A DNA stretch of 48,431 nucleotides from a virus, in UHGV virus genome UHGV-0219173; one strand, written 5' to 3'. Below the pieces are notes generated by a model. That model made no database searches. It was not told where the DNA came from and saw nothing but the letters and a program-made list of their open reading frames with translations. The translations under genes and the position numbers were made by a program. Numbering within the stretch: the first letter of the stretch is position 1; every line of letters starts with the position of its first letter. Shown piece by piece: positions 28,121 through 36,596 of the stretch.

Positions 28121-28636
28121 TTATGTGTGGCTATTTTTTATGTCATGCTCTGTAGGTATGACTTTCCACCCCTTATATGTGCAACACCTATAGTTTTTTC
28201 CGAGCATTGCCCGCTTGGCTCCTGCCAGCCCAGTACTTACATTTTTAAATTCTTTACTATCTGGCGCACATCCAAATACTTTTTCGCAGTTCTCCCGGAG
28301 CCAATAATTCAGACAATGAAATTTATATTCTTTTCCATCAGGACTAATTAAATGCCAGTCCTTTGCATTGATATTTGTCAGGAATTTACCGGATTTTGGA
28401 CTTTTCTGTGCGGCAGGTGTTCCTAACGCGAGATTGGCTGTTTTCCCTTGTGCAGCTTTTTTGGTCCGACTTTCTTCGCTCCATGCGTTCGACAGCCCCA
28501 TGTGTGTGCGGGAACGATGAATCTTGGAGCATTCCTTTCCACAAGTGACGGTTTTGTCAGATGGAAAACAAGGGAAAGTTTTCCCACATACAACACAAAT
28601 CTTGGTACTTTTTGGCGGCCTTTTAGACAAAATCAC
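28121..28636 (-). CDS. Zinc-finger (CxxC...CxxC) hypothetical protein
   Basis: N-terminal CVVCGKTFPCFPSDKTVTCGKEC; co-transcribed with the upstream HTH gene. Confidence 0.4.
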   Translation of the reverse strand: MILSKRPPKSTKICVVCGKTFPCFPSDKTVTCGKECSKIHRSRTHMGLSNAWSEESRTKKAAQGKTANLALGTPAAQKSPKSGKFLTNINAKDWHLISPDGKEYKFHCLNYWLRENCEKVFGCAPDSKEFKNVSTGLAGAKRAMLGKNYRCCTYKGWKVIPTEHDIKNSHT

Positions 28637-28901
28637 TCACCTCGCAGCCAAGGGCCTTTGCCAATGACAAGGCATTGCGCAAAGTCATATTTCCAAGGTC
28701 CCTTTCTCCAGATTCAAATTTTTGTATCTGGCGGATATTCATTCCCGCAGAGTCGGCCACCTGCTGCTGCGTCATCCCGGACAGGGAACGTTGATACAAT
28801 AGTTTGTTGATATTATTGTTATGGCAATCCCTGCTGTAACTGGATGCGGAGCAGGCCCCGCATAATCCATCTGTCCTAATACAATCTGGATATCTTCTCA
28901 T
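28623..28901 (-). CDS. HTH XRE-family regulator with Cys-rich N-terminus
   Basis: C-terminal MTQQQVADSAGMNIRQIQKFESGER helix-turn-helix. Confidence 0.5.
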   Translation of the reverse strand: MRRYPDCIRTDGLCGACSASSYSRDCHNNNINKLLYQRSLSGMTQQQVADSAGMNIRQIQKFESGERDLGNMTLRNALSLAKALGCEVSDFV

Positions 28902-28943
28902 ACTTTCTCCTTGACATATAATTATAGTTGCGAAGGGATTTCT

Positions 28944-28971
28944 TGACTTTTTTCCCTATCTAATATATAAT
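28944..28971 (+). promoter_or_regulatory. Orphan sigma-A-type promoter (-35 TTGACT, 16-nt spacer, -10 TATAAT) pointing into a gene-free 200-bp region
   Basis: Consensus hexamers; the only downstream element is a terminator hairpin at about 29060-29092. Confidence 0.4.
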
Positions 28972-28977
28972 ACATTT

Positions 28978-29092
28978 AGTGGCAGATGGGGCCTTGTTAC
29001 AGTCACAGACTCCCCAAGCTGAGTCGTGCGGATTGAAAAGAGTTTAAAAGCGAAAAAAGAAGCGGTTTTTTACTGCTTCTTTTTTTTCTTGG
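28978..29092 (+). ncRNA. Candidate small RNA (about 115 nt) from the orphan promoter to the bidirectional terminator
   Basis: Promoter plus internal hairpins, then GAAGCGG-T7A-CTGCTTC hairpin followed by T9. Confidence 0.3.
29060..29092. terminator. Bidirectional Rho-independent terminator
   Basis: Hairpin flanked by an A-run on one side and a T-run on the other; also serves the convergent minus-strand gene 29184..29513. Confidence 0.55.
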
Positions 29093-29183
29093 TGCCACTG
29101 CGTCCAATGCTTCTTTATTTTCTGTCGTATCTTTAATATACTCAATCATTGTTTGATATTCGTTTGTCATATTGCAATCCTCC

Positions 29184-29513
29184 TTATTTTATAATGTATA
29201 AAACTTCTGCATCTTTTAAAATAACTTCCCCCGCATCAAAACCGTACTCGTAGTTGTAGCCTGCAATTAAGGCAATGTAGGAACCAAAATATCCATCACC
29301 CTTAAGAGATTCGGCTGCTTCTGGAGCGTTTAAATCAATGGCGCATACACCGTTCAGCTCTTCGTCGGTTTCTTCTTCGTCAAGCCACACCTTTGAATTG
29401 TGGTCCATAGCGCCGAGTTCAAAGGGCTGTTCCTGAATGCGGATTCCAAACCTACTATATTTAATATCCCAATCGTTATTATCTATCATTTCCTTTAACT
29501 CAGCTATTGTCAT
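29184..29513 (-). CDS. Acidic hypothetical protein
   Basis: RBS AAGGAAAGGGGA; own promoter TTGACT-17-TAAAAT at about 29538-29572. Confidence 0.4.
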   Translation of the reverse strand: MTIAELKEMIDNNDWDIKYSRFGIRIQEQPFELGAMDHNSKVWLDEEETDEELNGVCAIDLNAPEAAESLKGDGYFGSYIALIAGYNYEYGFDAGEVILKDAEVLYIIK

Positions 29514-29771
29514 TGTTTTAATCCCCTTTCCTTACCTCTGATTATATTTTACGCCCAAAAGGGCGCAAAGTCAAGAGAAATTGATAAAGTTTTGAAAAAA
29601 TGTTATTATATCGTTGAAGGAGATTGGGATTGAACTGGAGGGGAGACACATCTAAATGCAGAGGAAAAAATTGAATGTTATAATATAGAAATTACTCATA
29701 CGCACATGCAATCTGGTTGACCAAATGGCAAGAGCGTATACATTATTTAAAAAGCCCCGGATGGCCTTGTT

Positions 29772-31280
29772 TTATAAGGCTTCCGGGGTTTCTATCAAGT
29801 AATAATCGACGTCTATATGATTTATTTTTTTATCATATGTGATTTGGTCAACAATGCTTTTTAGCGCAGCATTTTTTTCTTGCATAGTAAATTTATCAGA
29901 TTGAACGATATCCAAAACGTTAGAGATACTGCTTAACATTCGGGAATCATTTGAAACAGTATCGGAGCTATTATGTTCAATCGTATCAATCATTTCCTGC
30001 AATTCCTGCCGTTCTTTCTGGAGCCTTAACTTATTGGCTTTATACTCCTCTTTGGTGTCGATACCGTCTATATAAGCCTCTTTGGCCCTCTCCTCTTTGA
30101 ATGATAAGCGGTCAAGGTTTTTATATAATACTTCCAACTCACTCCCGCGACTTTGATTTTGATAAGATTTTTTAATGGTATAGCTGACTGTGCCTTTTCG
30201 TAGGGCTTCCTCCAATGCCTTGATTACAGTTGGGCCTATTTCCTCCTCCCTCACGTAACAGTCATTATTACACTTCCCCTTAAGATAACCATAGCACTGA
30301 AAATAGAACGAATCCGGCAAAGTCTTGCGGTGCACGACGCAAGAGGAAAGAGAACGACCACACTTGGAGCATTTAAGGAGGCCAGACAGCCAATGTTTAG
30401 AGATTTCAGAGGGCTTTGCATTGCGACGCTTATACTCCGAATGATATCGTTCTTGGGCCTTTTCAAATAATTCTTTTTCAATGATGGCGGGATGATGGCC
30501 GGGCCGTATGATCCACTCAGAAGGGTCCCTAATCTCGTTTGTCTCATTGATAGTACGATTCCAACGGATATCACCGGCATATCCGGGATTTTGAAGGATA
30601 TACTCGATTGACCGTTTTTCAAAAGGTTTACCATGGCTTGTCTTATGGCCTAAACTGTTTAAATGTTTGACAATAGCAAAAATACTCATATTTTCGTATA
30701 CGTATTTTTCAAAAATCAACCGAACTATTTTTGCTTCATCCGGGACAATCTCAGGAGTGGCCTTATGATAAGGTATCCTATATCCAAGAGGTGGGCGGCA
30801 TTGATAGCCCCCGTTTAAGGCTTTTTGGGTCATACCCCTGGTTACATCACCAGATAACCGAATAGAATAGAATTCGTCCATCCATTCAATGATACGTTCT
30901 ATCAAACTTCCAAACGGTCCGTCAACCAATGGCTCCGATATGCTGACCACATCCACGCTGTACTTATTTCGCAGCATTGATTTATATACAATGCTTTCCT
31001 CCTGGTTACGTGCAAAACGTGAGAATTTCCATAGCAATATTACATCAAATGGATGGTCGGATGATTTTGCCGTTGCAATCATTTGCTGGAATTTTGGCCG
31101 TTTATCTGCCTTACGTCCAGAAATACCATTCTCGATGTAAATATGTTTTTCAGAAACAATCATATCATGAGATTTTGCATAATCCAAAAGCAGACGCTTT
31201 TGAGAATCTGGAGACAATTCTTCTTGCTTTTCGGTGCTGACACGAATATACAGTGCAGCCATTAATATTTTCTTTTTCAT
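29772..31280 (-). CDS. Large serine recombinase (phage integrase): resolvase catalytic domain, recombinase domain, zinc ribbon, C-terminal coiled coil
   Basis: 502 aa; N-terminal AALYIRVSTEKQ with catalytic Ser; CxxC...C Zn ribbon (CSKCGRSL...C); C-terminal coiled coil. Confidence 0.9.
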   Translation of the reverse strand: MKKKILMAALYIRVSTEKQEELSPDSQKRLLLDYAKSHDMIVSEKHIYIENGISGRKADKRPKFQQMIATAKSSDHPFDVILLWKFSRFARNQEESIVYKSMLRNKYSVDVVSISEPLVDGPFGSLIERIIEWMDEFYSIRLSGDVTRGMTQKALNGGYQCRPPLGYRIPYHKATPEIVPDEAKIVRLIFEKYVYENMSIFAIVKHLNSLGHKTSHGKPFEKRSIEYILQNPGYAGDIRWNRTINETNEIRDPSEWIIRPGHHPAIIEKELFEKAQERYHSEYKRRNAKPSEISKHWLSGLLKCSKCGRSLSSCVVHRKTLPDSFYFQCYGYLKGKCNNDCYVREEEIGPTVIKALEEALRKGTVSYTIKKSYQNQSRGSELEVLYKNLDRLSFKEERAKEAYIDGIDTKEEYKANKLRLQKERQELQEMIDTIEHNSSDTVSNDSRMLSSISNVLDIVQSDKFTMQEKNAALKSIVDQITYDKKINHIDVDYYLIETPEAL

Positions 31281-31342
31281 TATATCACCCTATTCATACT
31301 ATGACTTAAGAGCATAAAAAATACGCCCCTTGCCAGGACGTA

Positions 31343-31390
31343 CCAGGAATGATATAATTCTATTGTTCGGATAGGTTATATCATTTCTGG
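31343..31390. promoter_or_regulatory. Candidate attP: 15-bp imperfect inverted repeats (CCAGGAATGATATAA / TTATATCATTTCTGG) flanking an 18-bp core
   Basis: 14/15 complementary arms, about 48 bp overall, located 60-110 bp upstream of the serine integrase gene; size and architecture typical of serine-integrase attP. Confidence 0.35.
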
Positions 31391-31457
31391 TTCATCCAGT
31401 AAGGGTTAATCTATGCAAAGGCTTCCGTGTTACCAGCACGGGAGCTTTTTGCTTATT

Positions 31458-31874
31458 TTACCGCTCTGAACGGGCAGCAGCTACAAGCGCGTCTTGAAGG
31501 ACCTTGGAAAAATTAAGATTCTTTTTTTCTCCATAAGTGTTGAGCCATGCCGGGATGGTTATATTTTTCCGAATGGTCTTTGAGCCGTACTTTTCCGTAT
31601 AGGCATCCATATCGAGGACCAAAAGGTTTACAAAACTTCCGGCAGGGCAGGGGACAGCAGTAAAGTCACTTGGAGCCGGATAGTTATTACCATCCTCCAT
31701 CTCGTCCAATATCCATCCGCTGGCGGCATCGGCGCCCATCTCAATGGCTTCCACAAGGTTCCGACCTTCAGTCACGCAGCCGGGGAGGTCCGGGACCTCA
31801 ACGGTATAACCGGAAAGCTCCTCACAAGGTGTAAAAATAGCAGGATATACAAGTTTCAAAACAATCACCTCCAT
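31458..31874 (-). CDS. hicB: HicB-family antitoxin
   Basis: YPAIFTPCEELSGYTVEVPDLPGCVTEGRNLVEAIEMGADA signature; ribbon-helix-helix-like C-terminus; immediately downstream of hicA. Confidence 0.7.
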   Translation of the reverse strand: MEVIVLKLVYPAIFTPCEELSGYTVEVPDLPGCVTEGRNLVEAIEMGADAASGWILDEMEDGNNYPAPSDFTAVPCPAGSFVNLLVLDMDAYTEKYGSKTIRKNITIPAWLNTYGEKKNLNFSKVLQDALVAAARSER

Positions 31875-31896
31875 CTTATGATTGTAAGGAGCGGGA

Positions 31897-32079
31897 CTAT
31901 TTAAGCCCCGCCTGTTTAAGGATTGAATCAGCGGTCCCTTTGTCAACGTCGCCGGTGTGAAAAGGAATTGTAACTTTTCCTGGCTTGCTAGGGTGCTTAT
32001 ACTGTCTGTGAGAACCTTTCTGGTTCTTCACATACCAGCCATCCTCCAGAAGCATTTTCTCTAATTCTCTGGCCCGCAT
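31897..32079 (-). CDS. hicA: HicA-family toxin (mRNA interferase)
   Basis: 60 aa; LLEDGWYVKNQKGSHRQYKHPSKPGKVTIPFH signature. Confidence 0.75.
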   Translation of the reverse strand: MRARELEKMLLEDGWYVKNQKGSHRQYKHPSKPGKVTIPFHTGDVDKGTADSILKQAGLK

Positions 32080-32102
32080 CTTCTGTACCTCCTTACAATT
32101 AC

Positions 32103-32131
32103 ATTATACACACTATGCGCATAAAAGTCAA
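32103..32131 (-). promoter_or_regulatory. Consensus promoter for hicAB (-35 TTGACT, 17 nt, -10 TATAAT)
   Basis: Perfect hexamers on the minus strand about 25 bp upstream of the hicA start. Confidence 0.55.
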
Positions 32132-32153
32132 GAGAAAATGTGTATAATGCGCA

Positions 32154-32387
32154 TTATTTTATTTCAAGCGAAAAACCATGTTGCAAGAGCCATTGTTTTG
32201 AATTTTCTTTTTGTTCAGGAGTAGCAGTACGAACGGAGTATATACATTTGTGCACCCCGGCCCAAAAGGCAAGCTCACTTTTCGGGAGAGGAACTTGATA
32301 TTTTTGGCAATAGGCCAGTATCTTACTTTTATCAAGAGAAAACATAGCTTCATCGCGTTCTTTAAGAAATTGCTGGATATCAACCAT
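32154..32387 (-). CDS. Hypothetical protein
   Basis: ATG 32387 with RBS AAGGAGG. Confidence 0.4.
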   Translation of the reverse strand: MVDIQQFLKERDEAMFSLDKSKILAYCQKYQVPLPKSELAFWAGVHKCIYSVRTATPEQKENSKQWLLQHGFSLEIK

Positions 32388-32397
32388 AAGAACCTCC

Positions 32398-32706
32398 TTA
32401 TGCCACATCACCGGTGAAATCAATATCATTTATACTTTCGTTCACATTTTCCATTACTTCATGATTTTCAATAAACGATATCCATGAAAGACGGGAGTCT
32501 GAATTAATTTCATGTTTTAGATTGTTATATAGAGGCTCCATGGACATCCTCCACATATCATACGCAGCCTTTTCCACTTTTTCGTCAGACCACTTCTTTT
32601 TTCGTTTAGCATTCTGGAGGCCCTGGAACTGCCGGGCTTTTCTCATAAAAATATTATACCCTTCCAGATTGGATTCCAAATACTCTAAAAATTCTTTGTA
32701 TTTCAT
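32398..32706 (-). CDS. Hypothetical protein
   Basis: 102 aa, start overlaps repressor stop. Confidence 0.4.
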   Translation of the reverse strand: MKYKEFLEYLESNLEGYNIFMRKARQFQGLQNAKRKKKWSDEKVEKAAYDMWRMSMEPLYNNLKHEINSDSRLSWISFIENHEVMENVNESINDIDFTGDVA

Positions 32707-33431
32707 CCTTCCACCACCTTTCCAAGAACTTCTCCAACAAGTTTTATTTCATCATTGGCAGGTATGTCATTATATTTCTTGTTATGGGATATAAGACGGT
32801 TAACTCCTAACTCCTTAATAAAGCACTCGTTTCCACGGGTAAAAATTCCAATACCACCAATAGGAATGGAATCTGTTTTCCTAACAAATACCTTATCGCC
32901 ATCATAATAGGTGGGCTCCATACTATCTCCATTAACACCAATAACAAAATCGGCCCTATCAGATAGCTCATTGTCCACCACCTCAATCATATCGGTGGGA
33001 ACATCGTCAAAGAGATATTCGCCGCTTCCGGCAGAGGCCAGATGTTGATAGTAACTGATAATACGGGTTGGAACTTTGGAGATTGATGGTTCAGAGGATT
33101 CGATGCGCTCAATTCGCTCCATCTCCCATGCAAGAATCACATTGACGTGATTTTTGCCCACGCTATCAAGATTACGGTATTTCATAATTAACTCTCGTTC
33201 CTCCAAAGAGACAACAAGTTCAGATAAGCTCTCCATGTCATCTTGATATAGATAATTCGCATCCACCTGCAATGCATCCATAATTTTTCTTAAGGTTGGA
33301 ATGTTAGGCTCACGGTTGCCCTTTTCATATCCGGTCAAAGTAGATTTAGCTACACCAATCTTATCCGCAAGTTGTTCTTGTGTCATTCCGTTTCGTAACC
33401 TAGCTTCTTTAATTCTGTCATTAAGACTCAT
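32703..33431 (-). CDS. CI-like repressor: N-terminal HTH (XRE) plus C-terminal S24 (LexA-like) self-cleaving peptidase
   Basis: ATG 33431 with RBS AGGAGG; HTH MTQEQLADKIGVAKSTLTGYEKG; S24 motif GDSMEP ... K; divergent from cro. Confidence 0.85.
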   Translation of the reverse strand: MSLNDRIKEARLRNGMTQEQLADKIGVAKSTLTGYEKGNREPNIPTLRKIMDALQVDANYLYQDDMESLSELVVSLEERELIMKYRNLDSVGKNHVNVILAWEMERIERIESSEPSISKVPTRIISYYQHLASAGSGEYLFDDVPTDMIEVVDNELSDRADFVIGVNGDSMEPTYYDGDKVFVRKTDSIPIGGIGIFTRGNECFIKELGVNRLISHNKKYNDIPANDEIKLVGEVLGKVVEG

Positions 33432-33485
33432 AATGCAAACCTCCTGTAAGTGTATGGTATCACGTAAATATTGATTAGTCAATAC

Positions 33486-33572
33486 AAAAAGGTTGCAAAA
33501 TGCGAATTTTTTTAATGATATGTATTGACAAAGGCGCGTTATGAGACTATAATACGAAAAAAGGTTGCAAAA
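33486..33572. promoter_or_regulatory. Genetic switch region: consensus P(cro) (-35 TTGACA 33525-33530, 17 nt, -10 TATAAT 33548-33553) flanked by two operator repeats AAAAAGGTTGCAAAA (33486-33500, 33558-33572); divergent repressor promoter TTGACT-18-TACCAT
   Basis: Exact 15-bp direct repeats containing palindromic TTGCAA bracket the cro promoter and overlap the repressor promoter -35. Confidence 0.6.
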
Positions 33573-33596
33573 CGAAAACATAGAAAGGGTGATTAA

Positions 33597-33833
33597 ATGA
33601 ATATTGCGAACTTCAATTTTCCGGTAGCAGATAATATTGAGAGAATCATTAAAGAAAGGGGGTTAAAACAATGCGCAGTTGCTAGTAAAGCAGGTTTCAA
33701 AAAGCAACCTTTTAGCGACATGCTCAACGGGAGACGGTTGATTAAAACATCAGATGTAATAATAATAGCAAAAGCATTAGGCGTTTCAATAAATGAGCTT
33801 TATGATTCAACCGGATTAAAAAAGAGGGCATAA
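33597..33833 (+). CDS. Cro-like HTH (XRE) regulator
   Basis: 78 aa; HTH LKQCAVASKAGF; divergent to repressor. Confidence 0.65.
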   Translation: MNIANFNFPVADNIERIIKERGLKQCAVASKAGFKKQPFSDMLNGRRLIKTSDVIIIAKALGVSINELYDSTGLKKRA

Positions 33834-33923
33834 AAAGTGGCTATCACTACAAAACAAATACTCTTGATTTGCGTGATAGCCTTAAATTGCTTATATTACA
33901 TAAATCTGTTTTGACTCTAAAAC

Positions 33924-34634
33924 CTAAACGTATTCTTGTTCTGAGTCAGGATACATAATACAGATTTGTCTATGGATGGTATGACCAAGGTGAGAAACGC
34001 TAGGATGTAAGGTCAAACATTTTTTTTCATCGGGGAAAATTATATCATTGTTATTAACAGTTGGAGCTACGATGTCAATTAATTCAGCTTTAGTTCTGGG
34101 GCTTTTTGTTCCTGGAGGAAGAAACTTTCTGACTTTACTAATATGCAAATGCTTAAGCAACTTTGCAGTATCAGTTACCTCACAAGCCAGATTGGCTCCA
34201 ATTAGTTTGTTTGCAAACTCAATGGGAAAAAGTTCTTCAGAGGCATTATTGTTGCCACAGTGATAACAAAAATAACCAAATATCTGTTGCTCTTCGGGAG
34301 TCAAAACAGATTTGATTATCTGCATGGCCTCATTCTTATTCAATTGTGGTACATCTGTACTAGCTACTTCGCAAGGCGGGTTAAATAAGTGCAACTCATA
34401 TGCCAAGCGGTACATATGCTTGCATGGGAGCTTTCTTAAGGCAAAATCTCTGCAAGTACAATTAGAGAGCGTGGTTGTGTATTTACTGCTTGACCCTTTG
34501 AAAACAGCATTACAATCAGATTCATTAATTTCAAGCGGAGAAAGCCCTTTTTCACAAGCCTTTTTTTGACGCTTAAGTTGTTCGGAAGTGGAATGGATAT
34601 CATCCCATTGATTCCATGTAGCAGTATTTATCAT
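33924..34634 (-). CDS. SWIM zinc-finger domain protein
   Basis: CxCx(n)CxH motif CTCRDFALRKLPCKHMYRL plus additional Cys clusters. Confidence 0.45.
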   Translation of the reverse strand: MINTATWNQWDDIHSTSEQLKRQKKACEKGLSPLEINESDCNAVFKGSSSKYTTTLSNCTCRDFALRKLPCKHMYRLAYELHLFNPPCEVASTDVPQLNKNEAMQIIKSVLTPEEQQIFGYFCYHCGNNNASEELFPIEFANKLIGANLACEVTDTAKLLKHLHISKVRKFLPPGTKSPRTKAELIDIVAPTVNNNDIIFPDEKKCLTLHPSVSHLGHTIHRQICIMYPDSEQEYV

Positions 34635-34770
34635 AAGTCCTCCAATGTTATTTACTCAGCCCTGCCGGGGGCCTGTAAGTACAGTATAAAACGGAGGGGG
34701 AGAAAAAGCAAATTGAAAAGAGGAAACAAGTACAACCCGTAATACATAGAATCTACCAGGGAGGTGGTGG

Positions 34771-34944
34771 AATGAAATCTGAGAACAGGGAAACAACAAT
34801 GACATTTACCAACAGGATAAAAATTGGTAACAAAAAAATAAGATTGGATGACTTACCAGCAGAGGAACAGATAGCAATTGCAAACCGGCTGATATATCAG
34901 CCTTTGACAACAATTCAAAACATAGAAGTCATTCAGACCGCCTA
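34771..34944 (+). CDS. Small hypothetical protein (57 aa)
   Basis: RBS AGGGAGGTGGTGG before ATG; hairpin after stop; not in track (<60 aa). Confidence 0.3.
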
Positions 34945-35022
34945 AAGGCGGCCTTGTGGGACGAGCAGTAAAAAGACCGGAATTATTTGGACAAGCTAAA
35001 ATCCGGCAGAGGAGGTAAAAGG

Positions 35023-35238
35023 ATGTCTGAGGAAGAAAAAATGTTGAGAAAGTGGATCCAGAATCACAAGCAACTTATAAGCGAAGCGCCAGACGAGAAA
35101 CAGAGGGATTACATAACCATGATGTGGCTGGGATATCTTAATGGTCTCCGTATGTCCAATGCAATTACATGGGCCAAATACAACAACCTGTATGACGAGC
35201 TGCAGCGGTTTGCAGCCGGAATGGAGGCGGCGCAATGA
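35023..35238 (+). CDS. Hypothetical protein
   Basis: ATG 35023 with RBS GGAGGTAAAAGG (track start 34987). Confidence 0.4.
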   Translation: MSEEEKMLRKWIQNHKQLISEAPDEKQRDYITMMWLGYLNGLRMSNAITWAKYNNLYDELQRFAAGMEAAQ

Positions 35239-35257
35239 TACCCATAAAATGGAAAAA

Positions 35258-35385
35258 GCTCTTAACTCTACTGCAATAGGTTAAGAGCAAGGTCCCTAAC
35301 AGACCAATAATAAACTCGTCTTTTATTATATCTGTTAGGGGCTGAAAAGTCAAGGAAATACGTGCTTTCTTGCACGTTTTATGGC
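35258..35385 (+). promoter_or_regulatory. Cluster of three stem-loops upstream of the Rep-like gene (candidate origin/terminator region)
   Basis: Hairpin 1 GCTCTTAAC-13nt-GTTAAGAGC; hairpin 2 is an about 48-nt near-perfect nested hairpin CCCTAACAGACC..ATAATAAA..TTTATTAT..TCTGTTAGGG; hairpin 3 ACGTGC-6nt-GCACGT with T-run. Confidence 0.4.
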
Positions 35386-35424
35386 TTGATAAAAGGATTA
35401 AACTTAGGACAGGGAGCCTTCCAT

Positions 35425-36225
35425 ATGCGCAGATATAAACAGATAGAGTATAAGGCGGGTATCACCATAGAGGTTATAAAGTGCATACCCAGGGGGAGCA
35501 GGAAGGGAGAGCAGCGGCAACCGGTCAAGAAAAAGACCAAGGAAGAGATAAGGGAGGCCAATGCGAGACAAGCAGCCAGAAAGCTCATGAGAAAGGTCAA
35601 TGCTAATTTCCGTCCTGGGGACTGGCACGTAGTCCTGACATACCCAAAAGGTGAGAGGCCCACACCGGCAGAGGCCAGAGGGCATATAAAGACATTCCTT
35701 CGGAAATTGAGGGACGAATATAAAAAGCATGGCCTCGAACTTAAGTACATCCAGGCAACGGAATACCTAAACAAGGCAATCCACCACCACATAATTATAA
35801 ATAACGTTAATGATGGGAAAGAGACATCCCTACAGTATGTAAACCGGATATGGGGCAGTATCACAAAAGGACATCCGAAATACGTTCCTCTCTATGATGA
35901 GGGAGAATATAGAAAACTGGCTGATTACTTTGTTAAGGAAACGGATAAGACCTTCAGAAACGAGGACAGCCCGACAAAACAAAGATACTCATGTTCCAGG
36001 AATCTTAAGGAGCCAAACGTAAGCCACAGAATCAATACCACTAAAAACGGATGGATGATGATTCCGCGGCCCAGGCCGGGATACTACATAATACCGGATA
36101 CTTTATACAACGGAGAGGACAAGCTGGGATACCCATATCAGCGATATGTAATGGTTAAACTTAACCCTACGGACAAAGACTGGGAGCCGTGCAGCAATTG
36201 GGGTGAGGAGGATGAATATGAGTGA
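35425..36225 (+). CDS. Rolling-circle-type replication initiator-like protein (HUH motifs)
   Basis: Motif I-like WHVVLTYP, motif II HHHIIIN (HUHUUU), motif III-like YFVKETDK (YxxK); ATG 35425 (track ORF starts 35362). Confidence 0.45.
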   Translation: MRRYKQIEYKAGITIEVIKCIPRGSRKGEQRQPVKKKTKEEIREANARQAARKLMRKVNANFRPGDWHVVLTYPKGERPTPAEARGHIKTFLRKLRDEYKKHGLELKYIQATEYLNKAIHHHIIINNVNDGKETSLQYVNRIWGSITKGHPKYVPLYDEGEYRKLADYFVKETDKTFRNEDSPTKQRYSCSRNLKEPNVSHRINTTKNGWMMIPRPRPGYYIIPDTLYNGEDKLGYPYQRYVMVKLNPTDKDWEPCSNWGEEDEYE

Positions 36226-36586
36226 AAGACAAGTGACAATCGAAGTACATGCAACGGCAAGTAAATACTGGGGTTGCATGGAAACGTTAGACCGCAATGG
36301 AAACCTGTACAGGAAAGACATTGAAGAGGACAGAAAGAGCACGGTAAACGGGAACGCTCTGCAAGCATTAATAAGCGCCCTGCACCGGCTGCGTTATTCC
36401 TGCATCCTGGATATACATACAGATAATGAATATGTGGTTAACTCAATCATCAACCGATGGGTGGACAACTGGGAACAAAGCGGATGGAAGAACGCCAAAG
36501 GCGACACCATACCACATAAGGAGCAGTGGCAGGAACTTAGAAAGCTGCTTGCCAATCATTCCGCCAGATTTACCACCACGAAATAG
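36218..36586 (+). CDS. RNase H (type 1)-like protein
   Basis: DIHTDNEYVVNSI..W..W...GWKNAKGDTIPHKEQWQEL matches RNase HI C-terminal catalytic region. Confidence 0.5.
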   Translation: MSERQVTIEVHATASKYWGCMETLDRNGNLYRKDIEEDRKSTVNGNALQALISALHRLRYSCILDIHTDNEYVVNSIINRWVDNWEQSGWKNAKGDTIPHKEQWQELRKLLANHSARFTTTK

Positions 36587-36596
36587 GGAGGAAAAC

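Noticed and set aside
36426-36596. 5' part of track ORF 36426-36896 overlapping the RNase H gene
   Set aside because: It is out of frame with the recognisable RNase H motifs. The real start with an RBS is at 36597.
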